64,000 bases of DNA from an uncultured Gemmatimonadaceae bacterium (lineage in GTDB: Bacteria; Gemmatimonadota; Gemmatimonadetes; Gemmatimonadales; Gemmatimonadaceae). The notes under the pieces were generated by a model. It saw only the letters and a list, made by a program, of their open reading frames with translations, did not search any database and was not told the DNA's origin. The DNA lies in contig CAWAGQ010000002.1 in assembly GCA_963781585.1 (NCBI GenBank), forward strand, positions 32,001 to 96,000. The letters are read 5' to 3'. How positions within the stretch are numbered: position 1 is the stretch's first letter; each line of letters opens with the position of its first letter. The position numbers were made by a program, and so were the translations under genes. Below, in pieces: positions 9,648 through 18,562 of this stretch.

Positions 9648-10205
9648 TCAACGAACAATGCCGCTCACCGCTGCCCACTGGGCTTGCAGGCCCAGCACCT
9701 CGACCCAATGTCGTATGTATTCCCGGTCCAGCTCCTCGCCCCGCAGCCGCAGCAGCGCCCGCACGTCGTCCATCTGCCGACTGGAGTCGCCCAGCTTTGC
9801 CCACTCGAGCTTCGAGAGAACTACGTCCTCCAGCGTCGCGATGTCGAGCAGGATGCCCTGGAAGTCAATTGGCTGCCGGCGTTCGAACTCGGTAGCGCTG
9901 AACGGGCGCAATTTCCGCACGATGAAGTCCGCCTTCCAGCCCGACTCCACGTCGACCACGTTGAACAGTGCACGCTGGGTGAGTGCCTCCTGGGCGGCTT
10001 CCGGCGAGACGTATACGCCACTCGCCCGCATGCGCCCGACGAACGACTGGAGCTGGGAGGGAAGCGGGTCGATCACCAAATCGATGTCCATGGTCGCGCG
10101 CCCGGCGCCATGGTACGCGCTCGCCACCGATCCGGTCAGCATGAATGGAATCCCCTCCTCGCGCAGCGCGGTCGCGAGCGCGCGCAGGAGCGCCTCTGCT
10201 GTCAC
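9648..10205 (-). CDS. Second nucleotidyltransferase-fold protein (AbiEii/DUF6036-like)
   Basis: FMLTGSVASAYHGAGRATMDIDLV and SKLEW...RQMDDV; paralog of 8667-9239. Confidence 0.8.
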   Translation of the reverse strand: MTAEALLRALATALREEGIPFMLTGSVASAYHGAGRATMDIDLVIDPLPSQLQSFVGRMRASGVYVSPEAAQEALTQRALFNVVDVESGWKADFIVRKLRPFSATEFERRQPIDFQGILLDIATLEDVVLSKLEWAKLGDSSRQMDDVRALLRLRGEELDREYIRHWVEVLGLQAQWAAVSGIVR

Positions 10206-10426
10206 TCGCGACCGCTGGTCAGACGACCGCGCGTGACCGGCTCGCCCAGCAGCACTTCCACGAGCTCGAGTGTGGAGCGCTCCGGATAGCGCACGCGGAG
10301 GCGCGACAATGCGAGTTCGCGGATCGTCTCGCTGTCGGCCAACGCCCGTCGCAGGCGGTCCACGGGAGGTGTTCGGAGGATCGCCTCACGCGCGACGGCT
10401 GCGGCGTCCGTTGACGTGTCGGTCAT
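10202..10426 (-). CDS. Small helical protein, putative antitoxin of 9648-10205
   Basis: 74 aa MTDTSTDAAAVAREAILRTPPVDRL...RYPERSTLEL; same pattern as 9236-9427; GTGA coupling. Confidence 0.7.
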   Translation of the reverse strand: MTDTSTDAAAVAREAILRTPPVDRLRRALADSETIRELALSRLRVRYPERSTLELVEVLLGEPVTRGRLTSGRE

Positions 10427-10490
10427 GTGCCAGGAGGTTGCTGGTGGCCGGAGGCGCCCCGAGACGCTGGTGCAGCAGGGATCCCGGAGG

Positions 10491-10988
10491 TCATGCGGGA
10501 AAGATACCGCCCGACTCTCGCGCGGCCACTGCGGCCGATCTGTCGTCCGCCACGCCCCGAGACGTCTCCCAGAGGACCGCGCCACGTGGTCGGGCAGGCT
10601 CGTTATCGCCGAGCTGGTCCCGGCAGATGAGGCGGAGTTCCTCGTCATCGACGGCGTGATAGAAGTGCACCATTCGGTTGCGATAGCCTGCAAGCCGAAG
10701 CATGAGTGCGGCGTCGGGCGTATCGAGGACGTGTACGTCCGCCAGCATGTCCGCGATCGCCTTGTACTCAGCCACGCCAGGTCCGAAGCCCTTGGCGAGG
10801 ATGTGGCGACCGAGATCGCGCAGGGCCTCCAGCGCACGGCGCAGGTATGATTCGGCGGCGGCGACCGTTCGAGGATCGGCGCGAAAGTCGGCGGCATCCA
10901 GCGGCAGCGCGCGAATCGCCGCGATCATGCGTCGAATCCATGCCGCCCGGTCGACCACGACGCCCGCGCTGATCGGCGCCGGCGTCAT
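10491..10988 (-). CDS. HEPN (DUF86) ribonuclease toxin, HepT-like
   Basis: RNRMVH (R-X4-H) followed by FY; C-terminus may be frameshifted. Confidence 0.85.
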   Translation of the reverse strand: MTPAPISAGVVVDRAAWIRRMIAAIRALPLDAADFRADPRTVAAAESYLRRALEALRDLGRHILAKGFGPGVAEYKAIADMLADVHVLDTPDAALMLRLAGYRNRMVHFYHAVDDEELRLICRDQLGDNEPARPRGAVLWETSRGVADDRSAAVAARESGGIFPA

Positions 10989-11422
10989 CGTCCGCCGCCG
11001 CGCAACACGAGCTCCCGCCGCTCGCGCTCCAGCGGGGCCAGATCGCCAGCGCGGCGCAGAATGAACAACTCGTACTCCGCATGATCGACCGCATCCGTGC
11101 AGTACAGCAGATTGCCCCGGATGACCGCCAACGCGAGGAACGGGCCCGCCTCCGTCACGACCAGCAGATCCACCTGTTTCACCCCAAGGGCATGCTCGAG
11201 CGCGAGCGTCAACTCGACGCGTTCTGCCGGAGTCAACAGGCGATCGCGCACCGGTCTGACGGCGATATCGACGTCGGAGTCGGCCCGGACCGCGCCATCC
11301 GACCGCGGGGCACCGGTCGCGATCTGGTCGGCGCGGCTGCCGAAGACGTAGATGTCGGCGAGGCCGAACCGCGCGGCGATCGCTTCGAGCCGCACCGGAG
11401 GGCTCTCGTTGGTGGCTGCCAT
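10985..11422 (-). CDS. Minimal nucleotidyltransferase (MNT) antitoxin, MntA-like
   Basis: YVFGSRA...SDVDIAV and VDLLV; coupled to the HEPN gene. Confidence 0.85.
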   Translation of the reverse strand: MAATNESPPVRLEAIAARFGLADIYVFGSRADQIATGAPRSDGAVRADSDVDIAVRPVRDRLLTPAERVELTLALEHALGVKQVDLLVVTEAGPFLALAVIRGNLLYCTDAVDHAEYELFILRRAGDLAPLERERRELVLRGGGR

Positions 11423-11586
11423 GGCGGGAATCCTACCCGACGGCGTGGGCGCCGCCAAGTTGGCTTGTGCGGGAGGCCTTCCTGCGCCGATCGCCGGGGC
11501 CGACGACAGGGACAGCGCCGGCGCCGCGGCTCGATGTCGTCGGTCTCCCTGCCACCGTGGGACTCGCGTTGCAGTCGTCAGGCTCT

Positions 11587-11925
11587 TCAGGTCGCGATGA
11601 TCTCATTGAGTCCGTCGATCACCGACTCGAGGTCCTCGGGTGAGGTGCGGCCCAGACGTCTCCCCAGGCGTTCGACCGAGAGTGTTCGGACCTGACTGAT
11701 CTTGACCCAGGACCGCTTCGGCAGGCCGCGGCTCTGCAGTTCCAGCGTGAGGGGGAAGCCCGCTCGTTGCGGCCGGGACGTGAGTGCCACCGCGATCACT
11801 GTCCCGGAGCGTTCATTGAACACGTCGTGACTGAGGATCAGAACCGGTCGCAGTCCCGCCTGCTCGCGCCCTCCCGTGGGATTCAGATTGGCCCACCGGA
11901 TCTCCCCTCTCAGTATTTGGGCCAT
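11587..11925 (-). CDS. mazF: PemK/MazF family endoribonuclease toxin
   Basis: RGEIRWANLNPTGGREQAGLRPVLILSHDVFN...SQVRTLSVERL. Confidence 0.92.
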   Translation of the reverse strand: MAQILRGEIRWANLNPTGGREQAGLRPVLILSHDVFNERSGTVIAVALTSRPQRAGFPLTLELQSRGLPKRSWVKISQVRTLSVERLGRRLGRTSPEDLESVIDGLNEIIAT

Positions 11926-12152
11926 GCCTGCAGGTCGGCTCCCAACCCTTCGTCCGCGAGGTGCTGCTCGTCCGCGGCGTCCAGTTTCGCACATTCGGCG
12001 GCTAGTCGACGCCGATCCAGCCGTGCCAACATGTCGGTCACCGCAGCTTCGATTGCCCGGCTGCGATTCCGGAACTGTGCCGAGCGCACCAGCCGGTCGA
12101 GCCGTTGGAGGGTGTTGGCGTCGAGTGTGACGGCGACTTTGGCTTTCGGCAT
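11910..12152 (-). CDS. Ribbon-helix-helix antitoxin
   Basis: KVAVTLDANTLQRLDRLV...NRSRAIEAAV; overlaps the toxin start. Confidence 0.88.
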   Translation of the reverse strand: MPKAKVAVTLDANTLQRLDRLVRSAQFRNRSRAIEAAVTDMLARLDRRRLAAECAKLDAADEQHLADEGLGADLQAWPKY

Positions 12153-12161
12153 CAGCACCTG

Positions 12162-12174
12162 ATCATAGTATGAT
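12162..12174. promoter_or_regulatory. Palindromic operator of the RHH-MazF operon
   Basis: ATCATA-G-TATGAT perfect inverted repeat about 10 bp upstream of the antitoxin start. Confidence 0.6.
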
Positions 12175-12296
12175 GTCTCTCCATACTCGTCCGGATGGCC
12201 GCGCTCAACTCGTGGGTGGTCATGCCACTGGTCGGGCGCTGATGTGCGCTGTAACGTCGAAGGGGATCATCATGACCCCCGCCCGACGATGCTGTC

Positions 12297-13092
12297 ATGC
12301 GTGCCAAATGTATGATTTCGGCGAGCGCTGCCGTGACAGCAATGCTTCTGGCCCATGCGGCAGGCGCGCAGAGTCGGCAGCCTGGTTGGGCGCGTCACGT
12401 CGGACTCGCTCGGTGGCGGCGGCATTTCGGCCGAAATCACCGCGCCGGCGCTTCACGCCGTCGCGCACACGGACTCGCGGGGGACCTACCGCCTCACTGG
12501 ACTCGAGCCGGGACGGTATCTGGTCGAGGCACGGGCCGTCGGATTCAAGACCGCGGCGGACAGTGTGGACATTCCTCGGTCACGTGAGGCGGGGCACGAC
12601 TTCGTCCTCACCAGGCTCGTCCCCGTGCTCCCCCCGGTCGTGACGACGAGTCCGGAAGTCAGGTACCTGTCGCCGGGGCTGCGGGGCTTCGAGGCGCGAC
12701 GCCATCACGGCTTCGGACACTTCATTGCCGAGGACATGCTTCGGAAGCATGACGATGACAGTCTGTCTGATCTGCTGAGCACGCGAATCCCGGGGGTCTT
12801 GATAGCCCGTGCAGGTCAGAACGCCGCGTATGTCTCGTCGAGCCGGAAGTCGGAGGGCGGCATCCGGGCCTTCGGCAGCGGTAGCCGGCCAATTCCCTGC
12901 TATACCACGATCTACCTGGACGGTGCGCTCTTCTACGACGCGACGCTTTCCGTGCAGCCACCGCCCGACATCAACCAGTTCACTGTCCATCAGTTGGGCG
13001 GGGTCGAGTTCTACGCAGGTTCGGCCACCACGGCCGAAGGGTTCAGGGTTTCGCCGTGCGGGACGCTCTTGCTGTGGACGCGCGAGCGGTAG
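12297..13092 (+). CDS. Carboxypeptidase-regulatory-like + TonB-plug-like protein without barrel (paralog B2); one frameshift near 12372
   Basis: Signal peptide in the 12297 frame, remainder in the 12355 frame. GFEARR..GFGHFI, CYTTIYLDG, GVEFY, terminal CGTLLLWTRER. Confidence 0.8.
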
Positions 13093-13151
13093 TGCCGGCT
13101 GCGCGACCCGAATGGTATCGGATCTCGGCGGCCGGGGGCGAGCCGGTACGA

Positions 13152-13179
13152 CTTAATGAACTCTTAATCCTCGCGTAAT
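13152..13179 (+). promoter_or_regulatory. Three direct repeats CTTAAT/CTTAAT/CGTAAT at 11-bp period
   Basis: At 13152, 13163 and 13174 in an AT-rich patch upstream of 13330; spacing typical of OmpR/PhoB-type boxes. Confidence 0.4.
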
Positions 13180-13329
13180 GGTCTGATCGGCCTGGGGCCG
13201 CATCTTGGAGCCGGGTTCACGGCGGCGGTGGCGGGACTCTGGCCGGAACGGCTTTGTGCGAGCTCAACGCATCAGGTCGGACAGCCGGGTCATCCCGACG
13301 CACGGGTATGGCAGCCCTGGGAGGATACC

Positions 13330-14190
13330 ATGGCGATGCACGAGCGGACTGTCCGTTGGCTGGTCGCATGCTTCGGCGGCCTAACGATTCTCCCGATGGC
13401 GGCTGCCGCGCAAACCGGCGGCACGCGCGTCCTCTCGGGAGTCGCGGCCGACACGTCCGGCAACCGCGTGCCATACGTCACGGTCTGGTTCGCCGGGACG
13501 CGCCGAACGGTCAGTGACGATTCGGGACGGTTCCGTGTGGAGCTGCCGCGGGAGGCCGGAGTCACCGTGCAGCTGCGCCGGCTGGGTTTCGCCCCGACCG
13601 ATGTTCGCCTCGAGTTCGGCGGCGACACCGCGATGACGATCACGCTGGTACCGGTGGCGGCGAAACTGGCGGCGCTGCGCGTGCAGGCGGAACAGCAGGT
13701 GCTCAGTCTCGAGCTGCACGGGTTCTACGAGCGAATGGCCGAGCAGGAGAAGTGGGGCGGGTCGGGACAGTTCGTCACGCCGGAGGAGATCGAATTCCGC
13801 AAATCGCCGCGAACCACGCAGTTGCTGGACGGCCGGCACGGAGTGGCGCTCAAGGGTGTGGGAAGCTGCAACGTCCAGGTGCAGTGCTTCGTCCCGTTAG
13901 GCACGAACAACTGCATCATGCAGATATACCTCAATGGACAACGCCTGATGCCGACCGGAGGCGCGCGCGCCACCGCCACGGGCGGTATGGTGGCGACGGC
14001 GTTCAGGGCCCTGTCGGGCCAGGCGGCCGTAGCGGGTGGACTGGGTCCGGGCAACGTGGTCTTTCTCGATGATTTCGTGCATCCCTCGGAGCTCGCCGGT
14101 ATCGAGATCTATCAACGGGCGGTTCAGGCACCGCCGCAATACCAGATGCTGAATGGCAATTGCGGTGTGATTCTGGTGTGGACCAAATGA
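13330..14190 (+). CDS. Carboxypeptidase-regulatory-like + TonB-plug-like protein without barrel (paralog C)
   Basis: GGAGG RBS, signal peptide, GFYER..GQFVTPEEI, CIMQIYLNG, AGIEIY, terminal CGVILVWTK. Confidence 0.8.
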   Translation: MAMHERTVRWLVACFGGLTILPMAAAAQTGGTRVLSGVAADTSGNRVPYVTVWFAGTRRTVSDDSGRFRVELPREAGVTVQLRRLGFAPTDVRLEFGGDTAMTITLVPVAAKLAALRVQAEQQVLSLELHGFYERMAEQEKWGGSGQFVTPEEIEFRKSPRTTQLLDGRHGVALKGVGSCNVQVQCFVPLGTNNCIMQIYLNGQRLMPTGGARATATGGMVATAFRALSGQAAVAGGLGPGNVVFLDDFVHPSELAGIEIYQRAVQAPPQYQMLNGNCGVILVWTK

Positions 14191-14269
14191 GAGCCGCGTT
14201 TCCGCTCATCGTCCAAGGACTGGGCGGGGCGGCGTAGGGTCCTGTCGGGGCGCTCGTTCATACTGCGTG

Positions 14270-14430
14270 CTGTCGCGCCGCCACCGCGAACGCCAGAGAG
14301 TACCGCCGCAACCCGTCCGCTGACTCCCACGGGAGACGCAAGAGATCGGATACGCTTGGCACCGGGAAGCGGTACGTCGCAGAGTGTCAGGGAGCGGCTT
14401 CCACGCTTGCGCGACCGCCTCGTCGTCATG
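14270..14430 (-). pseudogene. Degraded copy of the 17383-17781 gene
   Basis: About 50-bp near-identity GCCGCCACCGCGAAYGCCAGARAGTACCGCCGCAACCCGTCCGCTGA with 17459-17508. Confidence 0.6.
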
Positions 14431-14524
14431 CAGGTGAGGTATCGATGTCCACGTCATCGTCGTCGCGGTCAGTGCCTGACACGGGCTCAGCCGGGGGGGG
14501 CACCGCGATTCGCCGGCGCAGCAG

Positions 14525-15301
14525 GTGCACCGGGTGCCTGAGATCCTCGTGGACCTGGAAGCGCGCCCGCTGTGGAACGAGATCGTGGAGGGATTGGGCG
14601 CGATCACGGCGCGATTCATCGACGTGGCCGCAGCAGTACGCAAGGTCGATTCCGGCGAGGTTCGTGCTGCCGCTCTCGTCCTGTTGGGCGACCGCACCGC
14701 GGACGGTGCGCCGAGCGAGCTGACGGCGCGCCGGCTGCGGACGCTGAACGTACACGTGCCCGTGTTGGTCGCCGTGGTCAACGTTCGGATGCGCGACGTT
14801 CCGGTGAAGGCCTACGCCCGCGCCGGCGTCGATGCCCTCTTCCTGATGGACCTTCCGTTCGAACGTCAGGAACTCGGGAAGGACCTGCGCGCGCGACTCA
14901 TGCTTCCCGTCCCTGCACGCCTGCTCGATGCCTTCGGACGACTCCTCAGGCCGGGCGTCGGCAGGACCATCGGGTGCTGGTGCATGCGCAATGCTACGCG
15001 GACGTGTCCCGTGCGTCGCGTGGTCGACTACTTCCGAATCGATGAGAAGCGGCTGGATAAGGAGGTGGAGGCCCTCGGCCTTCCCCCGGTGGGGACGCCT
15101 CTCAGGCTCGGGTGTCACCATCGTGCGCTCGAGCTGGAAGCGAGCGGCGCGCTCTCAATGGAAGGGATTGCGGAGCAACTGGGTTTTCCCGACGCCAAGC
15201 CGCTGGCAGCGATGCGGCGGCACCTGCGAGGGTCACCACGTCTGGCGGCAGTCGCGTCGCCCATTCGGGAGCTTCTGATGATGGGGTTGGAGGAAGTGTA
15301 G
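14525..15301 (+). CDS. AraC-like transcriptional regulator with a receiver-like N-terminal domain
   Basis: C-terminal SMEGIAEQLGFPDAKPLAAMRRHLRG resembles the second AraC HTH. PVLVAV...AYARAGVDALF resembles a receiver fold. Confidence 0.6.
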   Translation: MHRVPEILVDLEARPLWNEIVEGLGAITARFIDVAAAVRKVDSGEVRAAALVLLGDRTADGAPSELTARRLRTLNVHVPVLVAVVNVRMRDVPVKAYARAGVDALFLMDLPFERQELGKDLRARLMLPVPARLLDAFGRLLRPGVGRTIGCWCMRNATRTCPVRRVVDYFRIDEKRLDKEVEALGLPPVGTPLRLGCHHRALELEASGALSMEGIAEQLGFPDAKPLAAMRRHLRGSPRLAAVASPIRELLMMGLEEV

Positions 15302-15309
15302 GGGCCATC

Positions 15310-15430
15310 GCAGGGTGCGGTGTAGCATTTCCGGGATGTGACGACAACGTGGCGCCACGGGACCGGTGACCTCCACGCGCTCCAATATTCTCCAGAAAGT
15401 TGGGGCATTCGCCAGAAAGTGACGTGGTGT
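15310..15430 (+). promoter_or_regulatory. Conserved intergenic element with tandem CCAGAAAGT repeats (copy 2)
   Basis: CCAGAAAGT at 15392-15400 and 15412-15420; homologous to 1694-1820. Confidence 0.6.
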
Positions 15431-15548
15431 GCTGGGGACTGCCAGTCGTAACATGTCACAACATGATGTTATCCGTGAACTCTTGAACGGCATGGAGGAG
15501 TATCATGTCGCAGCATCCCGTGCTCGTGCGCGCTGCGTTAGTGGTATC

Positions 15549-16691
15549 ATGAGTCCAGTTCTACGGCGTCACGGTCCGCCGCGCGACCGTCCGATCCGTT
15601 TCGTTCACGCCCTCGTTCTCGGCGGCTTGCTGTGCGCCAGCCGTCCCCTGCGGGGCCAGGACGTGCGGCTGCCGGAGCGTGGCACCTGCTCTCGATGCCG
15701 AGTCGTGCTGGAGCGGATGGGCACGCTCGGTACGGACACGCTGGACGGGTACCTCACGAACTATCCCATCTGGGCGGCCATGGATGGCGAGGGGCGCGTG
15801 TACGTCACGCTGCAGCCGCCTGGTGATCTTGTGCTCGCCTTCGATTCGCTGGGGAAATTTCTTGGACGTGTTGGCAAGAAAGGTCAGGGTCCGGGCGAGT
15901 TCGCCTTCCCGGTCCTGGTGCTTCCGCGGGCCGACAACTCACTACTCATCTACGATTTCAACGGCTCGAAGCTCTCCACGCTCACGCGCGATTGGAAGTT
16001 CGTCAGCATGGTGCGCCAGACCGCAGCCCCGCTGGGCGTTCTGGCGGACGGTCGGAGGCTGGTCAACAACCCCGCGATTGATCGAGATCTCGTCGGATAT
16101 CCACTGCATCTCGTCGACAGCACGGGCAAGACCGTGGCGTCGTTCGGCGCCGACTCAGGTCGCTTCGAACAAGCAGATCGCTGGAAGCTGACGCGGACGG
16201 TGTCGGTGGGACTGCGTGGCACAATCTGGTCGGCCTATTTCGATCGGTATCGGATCGATGAGTGGTCCCCGGACCTTGACCGCCTGCGCGTCTTTCGGCG
16301 GGCTGTCAGCTGGATGCCAATTGTTGCAGCGCTCTCCGACGGCGGCCTCGGCGAAAGACCGTCGGCACGGGTCGTCGCCCTTCGAGAGGATGAGTTGCAC
16401 AGGCTCTGGATTTTCTCCCGAGTCCCGAGCGAAGAGTGGCGAGCTGCGCTCGGCCCCCCGGTTGCAGCCGGCCGTCGAACAACCTACCCGCAGCTGGACG
16501 AAGGACGACTCTTCGATACGATGATCGACGTGATCGACTTGCGGACCAATCACCTGCTCGTAACACAGCGCGTGCGGGAACACATCAGGTTCTCCCTCGA
16601 CACGCGACACGTCGCGTCGTATCGCGAGGATGAAAAGGGCACTCCACTGCTCGTGCTGTGGAGAGTGTCGCTGGTCGGCGTTCAACGATAG
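15549..16691 (+). CDS. 6-bladed beta-propeller exported protein with N-terminal CxxC
   Basis: Signal peptide, TCSRC, VGKKGQGPGEF, GYPLHLVD, DTMIDVIDL. Confidence 0.8.
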   Translation: MSPVLRRHGPPRDRPIRFVHALVLGGLLCASRPLRGQDVRLPERGTCSRCRVVLERMGTLGTDTLDGYLTNYPIWAAMDGEGRVYVTLQPPGDLVLAFDSLGKFLGRVGKKGQGPGEFAFPVLVLPRADNSLLIYDFNGSKLSTLTRDWKFVSMVRQTAAPLGVLADGRRLVNNPAIDRDLVGYPLHLVDSTGKTVASFGADSGRFEQADRWKLTRTVSVGLRGTIWSAYFDRYRIDEWSPDLDRLRVFRRAVSWMPIVAALSDGGLGERPSARVVALREDELHRLWIFSRVPSEEWRAALGPPVAAGRRTTYPQLDEGRLFDTMIDVIDLRTNHLLVTQRVREHIRFSLDTRHVASYREDEKGTPLLVLWRVSLVGVQR

Positions 16692-16700
16692 GGAGGAACT

Positions 16701-17222
16701 ATGCAGATGCAGATGCATGTTCTCCGCGGAATGATGCTGTGCGGCGTGCTATTCGTGTCAGCCGCCGGCGCGTGATGGCCGCCATCCTCAAATCCTGCTC
16801 GGTGGTCATCAGGGCCCGCGGCCGGTGACCTTTCCGTCATCGCAGTGTCTCGACCCGCGCTCACAGGTTGCTTCGGCTGCTTCCCGGGTGGCTATGGGGA
16901 TCCCGTGATCTGCTCGTCCGGCCAGCATTTCGATCAGACAGGCACCTCCGAATTCTGGCGGGACAACATGGACGCCGGCTGCGTGTGGACGGAGTGTCGT
17001 GATGTTCACAACAGCTGCAACGTCACGCTCGCTCCCGTGATCGATGCCGTGAAGAGTGCGATTGCCGAGAATGACTTCGCGGAAGTCCGGGCGCTGATGA
17101 AGGACGATCCGCACATCGAGTACAATGCGAGACGCTCCGCCATTCAGGTGATCGGATGCGACTCAACTGTGCTCCTGCATGTCCCGCTGAGCAGAGCGAA
17201 ACGAACGAGCCTTCTCCATTGA
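16701..17222 (+). CDS. Secreted Cys-rich protein interrupted by one in-frame TGA (16773-16775)
   Basis: GGGAGG RBS and signal peptide MQMQMHVLRGMMLCGVLFVSAAGA. The same frame continues to CFGC..C..C..C..C and YNARRSAIQVIGCDSTVLLHVPL. Confidence 0.65.
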
Positions 17223-17382
17223 CGCGTTGGCCTGCAGCAACCGTCGTAATAAGGTTGCCGACAGATCGCAGCTTCCAGGCCGGTTCAGCAGCGTAACGGC
17301 ACGAGGCGGAGGAGCGTGCCGGTCCACCAGTACGCTCTTCCGTCCCGGCCTGCAGGGCACATGCAGCGGTGACAGTCAACCG

Positions 17383-17781
17383 TCAGGGTCCCGTCCGCAG
17401 ATCGAGGCCAACAACCTTGTTTGCCTGGGCTGATCCATCGTGCTCGACTTCCCGCCTTGCCGCCACCGCGAATGCCAGAAAGTACCGCCGCAACCCGTCC
17501 GCTGAATCCGGCGGTACTTCCGGATCGAAGAACAGCCGGCAGAACTCCTCGCGCGCCCGCAACACCTCACGACGCCGCGGACCCCTCCACCGCTCGTCAC
17601 CCGCGGTGAAGTCGAACAACTCGAGCGCCCTGGCCAGCGCGTGATCGAATCGACTCCGGTTCCCGGACTCCCACGCGCGGATCGACCGCTCCACCTCGCT
17701 CCCCACGTGGGCCATCTGCTCCACGATCGAAAGCGTGCGCCACCGCGCCGCTCGCTCCGCCTGACGAGTCGTCTCCGTCAT
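17383..17781 (-). CDS. Hypothetical helical protein, partner of DUF5674
   Basis: WRTLSIVEQMAHVGSEVER...RRREVLRAREEF; ATGA-coupled to the upstream gene. Confidence 0.75.
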   Translation of the reverse strand: MTETTRQAERAARWRTLSIVEQMAHVGSEVERSIRAWESGNRSRFDHALARALELFDFTAGDERWRGPRRREVLRAREEFCRLFFDPEVPPDSADGLRRYFLAFAVAARREVEHDGSAQANKVVGLDLRTGP

Positions 17782-18137
17782 GCGTCGCTCACGAGACGTG
17801 ACACGGTATTCCGGACACGCTCGCGCAGCGCGGCATCTTGCACACTCCGGCTCCGATTCCGATCCGCCGGCCGCACGTTGATCATCGAGTCGAACTCGAT
17901 CCACCCCTCGCCGTGCTCATCCGGGTACAGATTGATTCCCCACAGGGATGCCTGTCGCGACCCGTCATCCAGCAGCGCCGCTTCCTCATCCGAATGCAGC
18001 TCCCCTCCGGCCGCCATGACGTCCCGGTCGATATCCACGACGGCCTTCACCATGTCCCCGAACTGACGCTCCGCCATGGTACGGAGCTCCGCACGGGTGA
18101 GCGGACTGCGGACGAGGATGATGTCGGGACGTTCCAT
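17778..18137 (-). CDS. DUF5674 family protein
   Basis: FGDMVKAVVDI...GGELHSDEEAALL..GSRQASLWGINLYP..IEFDSMINVRP. Confidence 0.8.
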   Translation of the reverse strand: MERPDIILVRSPLTRAELRTMAERQFGDMVKAVVDIDRDVMAAGGELHSDEEAALLDDGSRQASLWGINLYPDEHGEGWIEFDSMINVRPADRNRSRSVQDAALRERVRNTVSRLVSDA

Positions 18138-18562
18138 GAGGCAGGGCTACTGTCGGGGTGCCACGGACCGGGGCGCGCAAACTTGCCTCCGTCCCTGGTG
18201 CCGCTCAAGTGCACAGGCCAGCACATCGAGCCCGGAGAGCCGCGACGTCATCAGGTCAGGCAAGCACGTCAGCAGCGCGGTGACCCGCTCTCGAGCACCG
18301 CCGCCCACGTCGCGAGCGGTCGACGGCTCGAGTCCCACGTTGAGTCCCAGGAACGGGCTGGCCAGGAGGCCCACGTACGACGGTGCTGAGGCGCATGGGG
18401 ATTGCCGCGAGTGTGTCCAGAGGGGTACCCTCGCCATTCGTCGTGCAATCCAACGGATGATTCTGAAGCGGTGCGCGCGGCGCGATTCGGGCACCCTTCA
18501 TGTGACGGCGCCGACGGTCACCCCCGTCGTTTCGGCCATCCATCACTATTACCTCGGAGCGC

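Noticed and set aside
8645..12300. Integron cassette array
   Set aside because: No integrase and no paired RYYYAAC...GTTRRRY sites bounding the genes. The GTTAGGC matches elsewhere lie mostly inside coding sequence.
16773..16775. Selenocysteine recoding of the in-frame TGA (and pyrrolysine for the TAG at 41894)
   Set aside because: The TGA is not in a redox motif and no SECIS is evident. The TAG sits where Tyr is expected in CusA. Error or nonsense mutation is simpler.
17475..17483. Third CCAGAAAGT operator
   Set aside because: A single copy inside a coding region (minus-strand YFLA codons) with no tandem partner.
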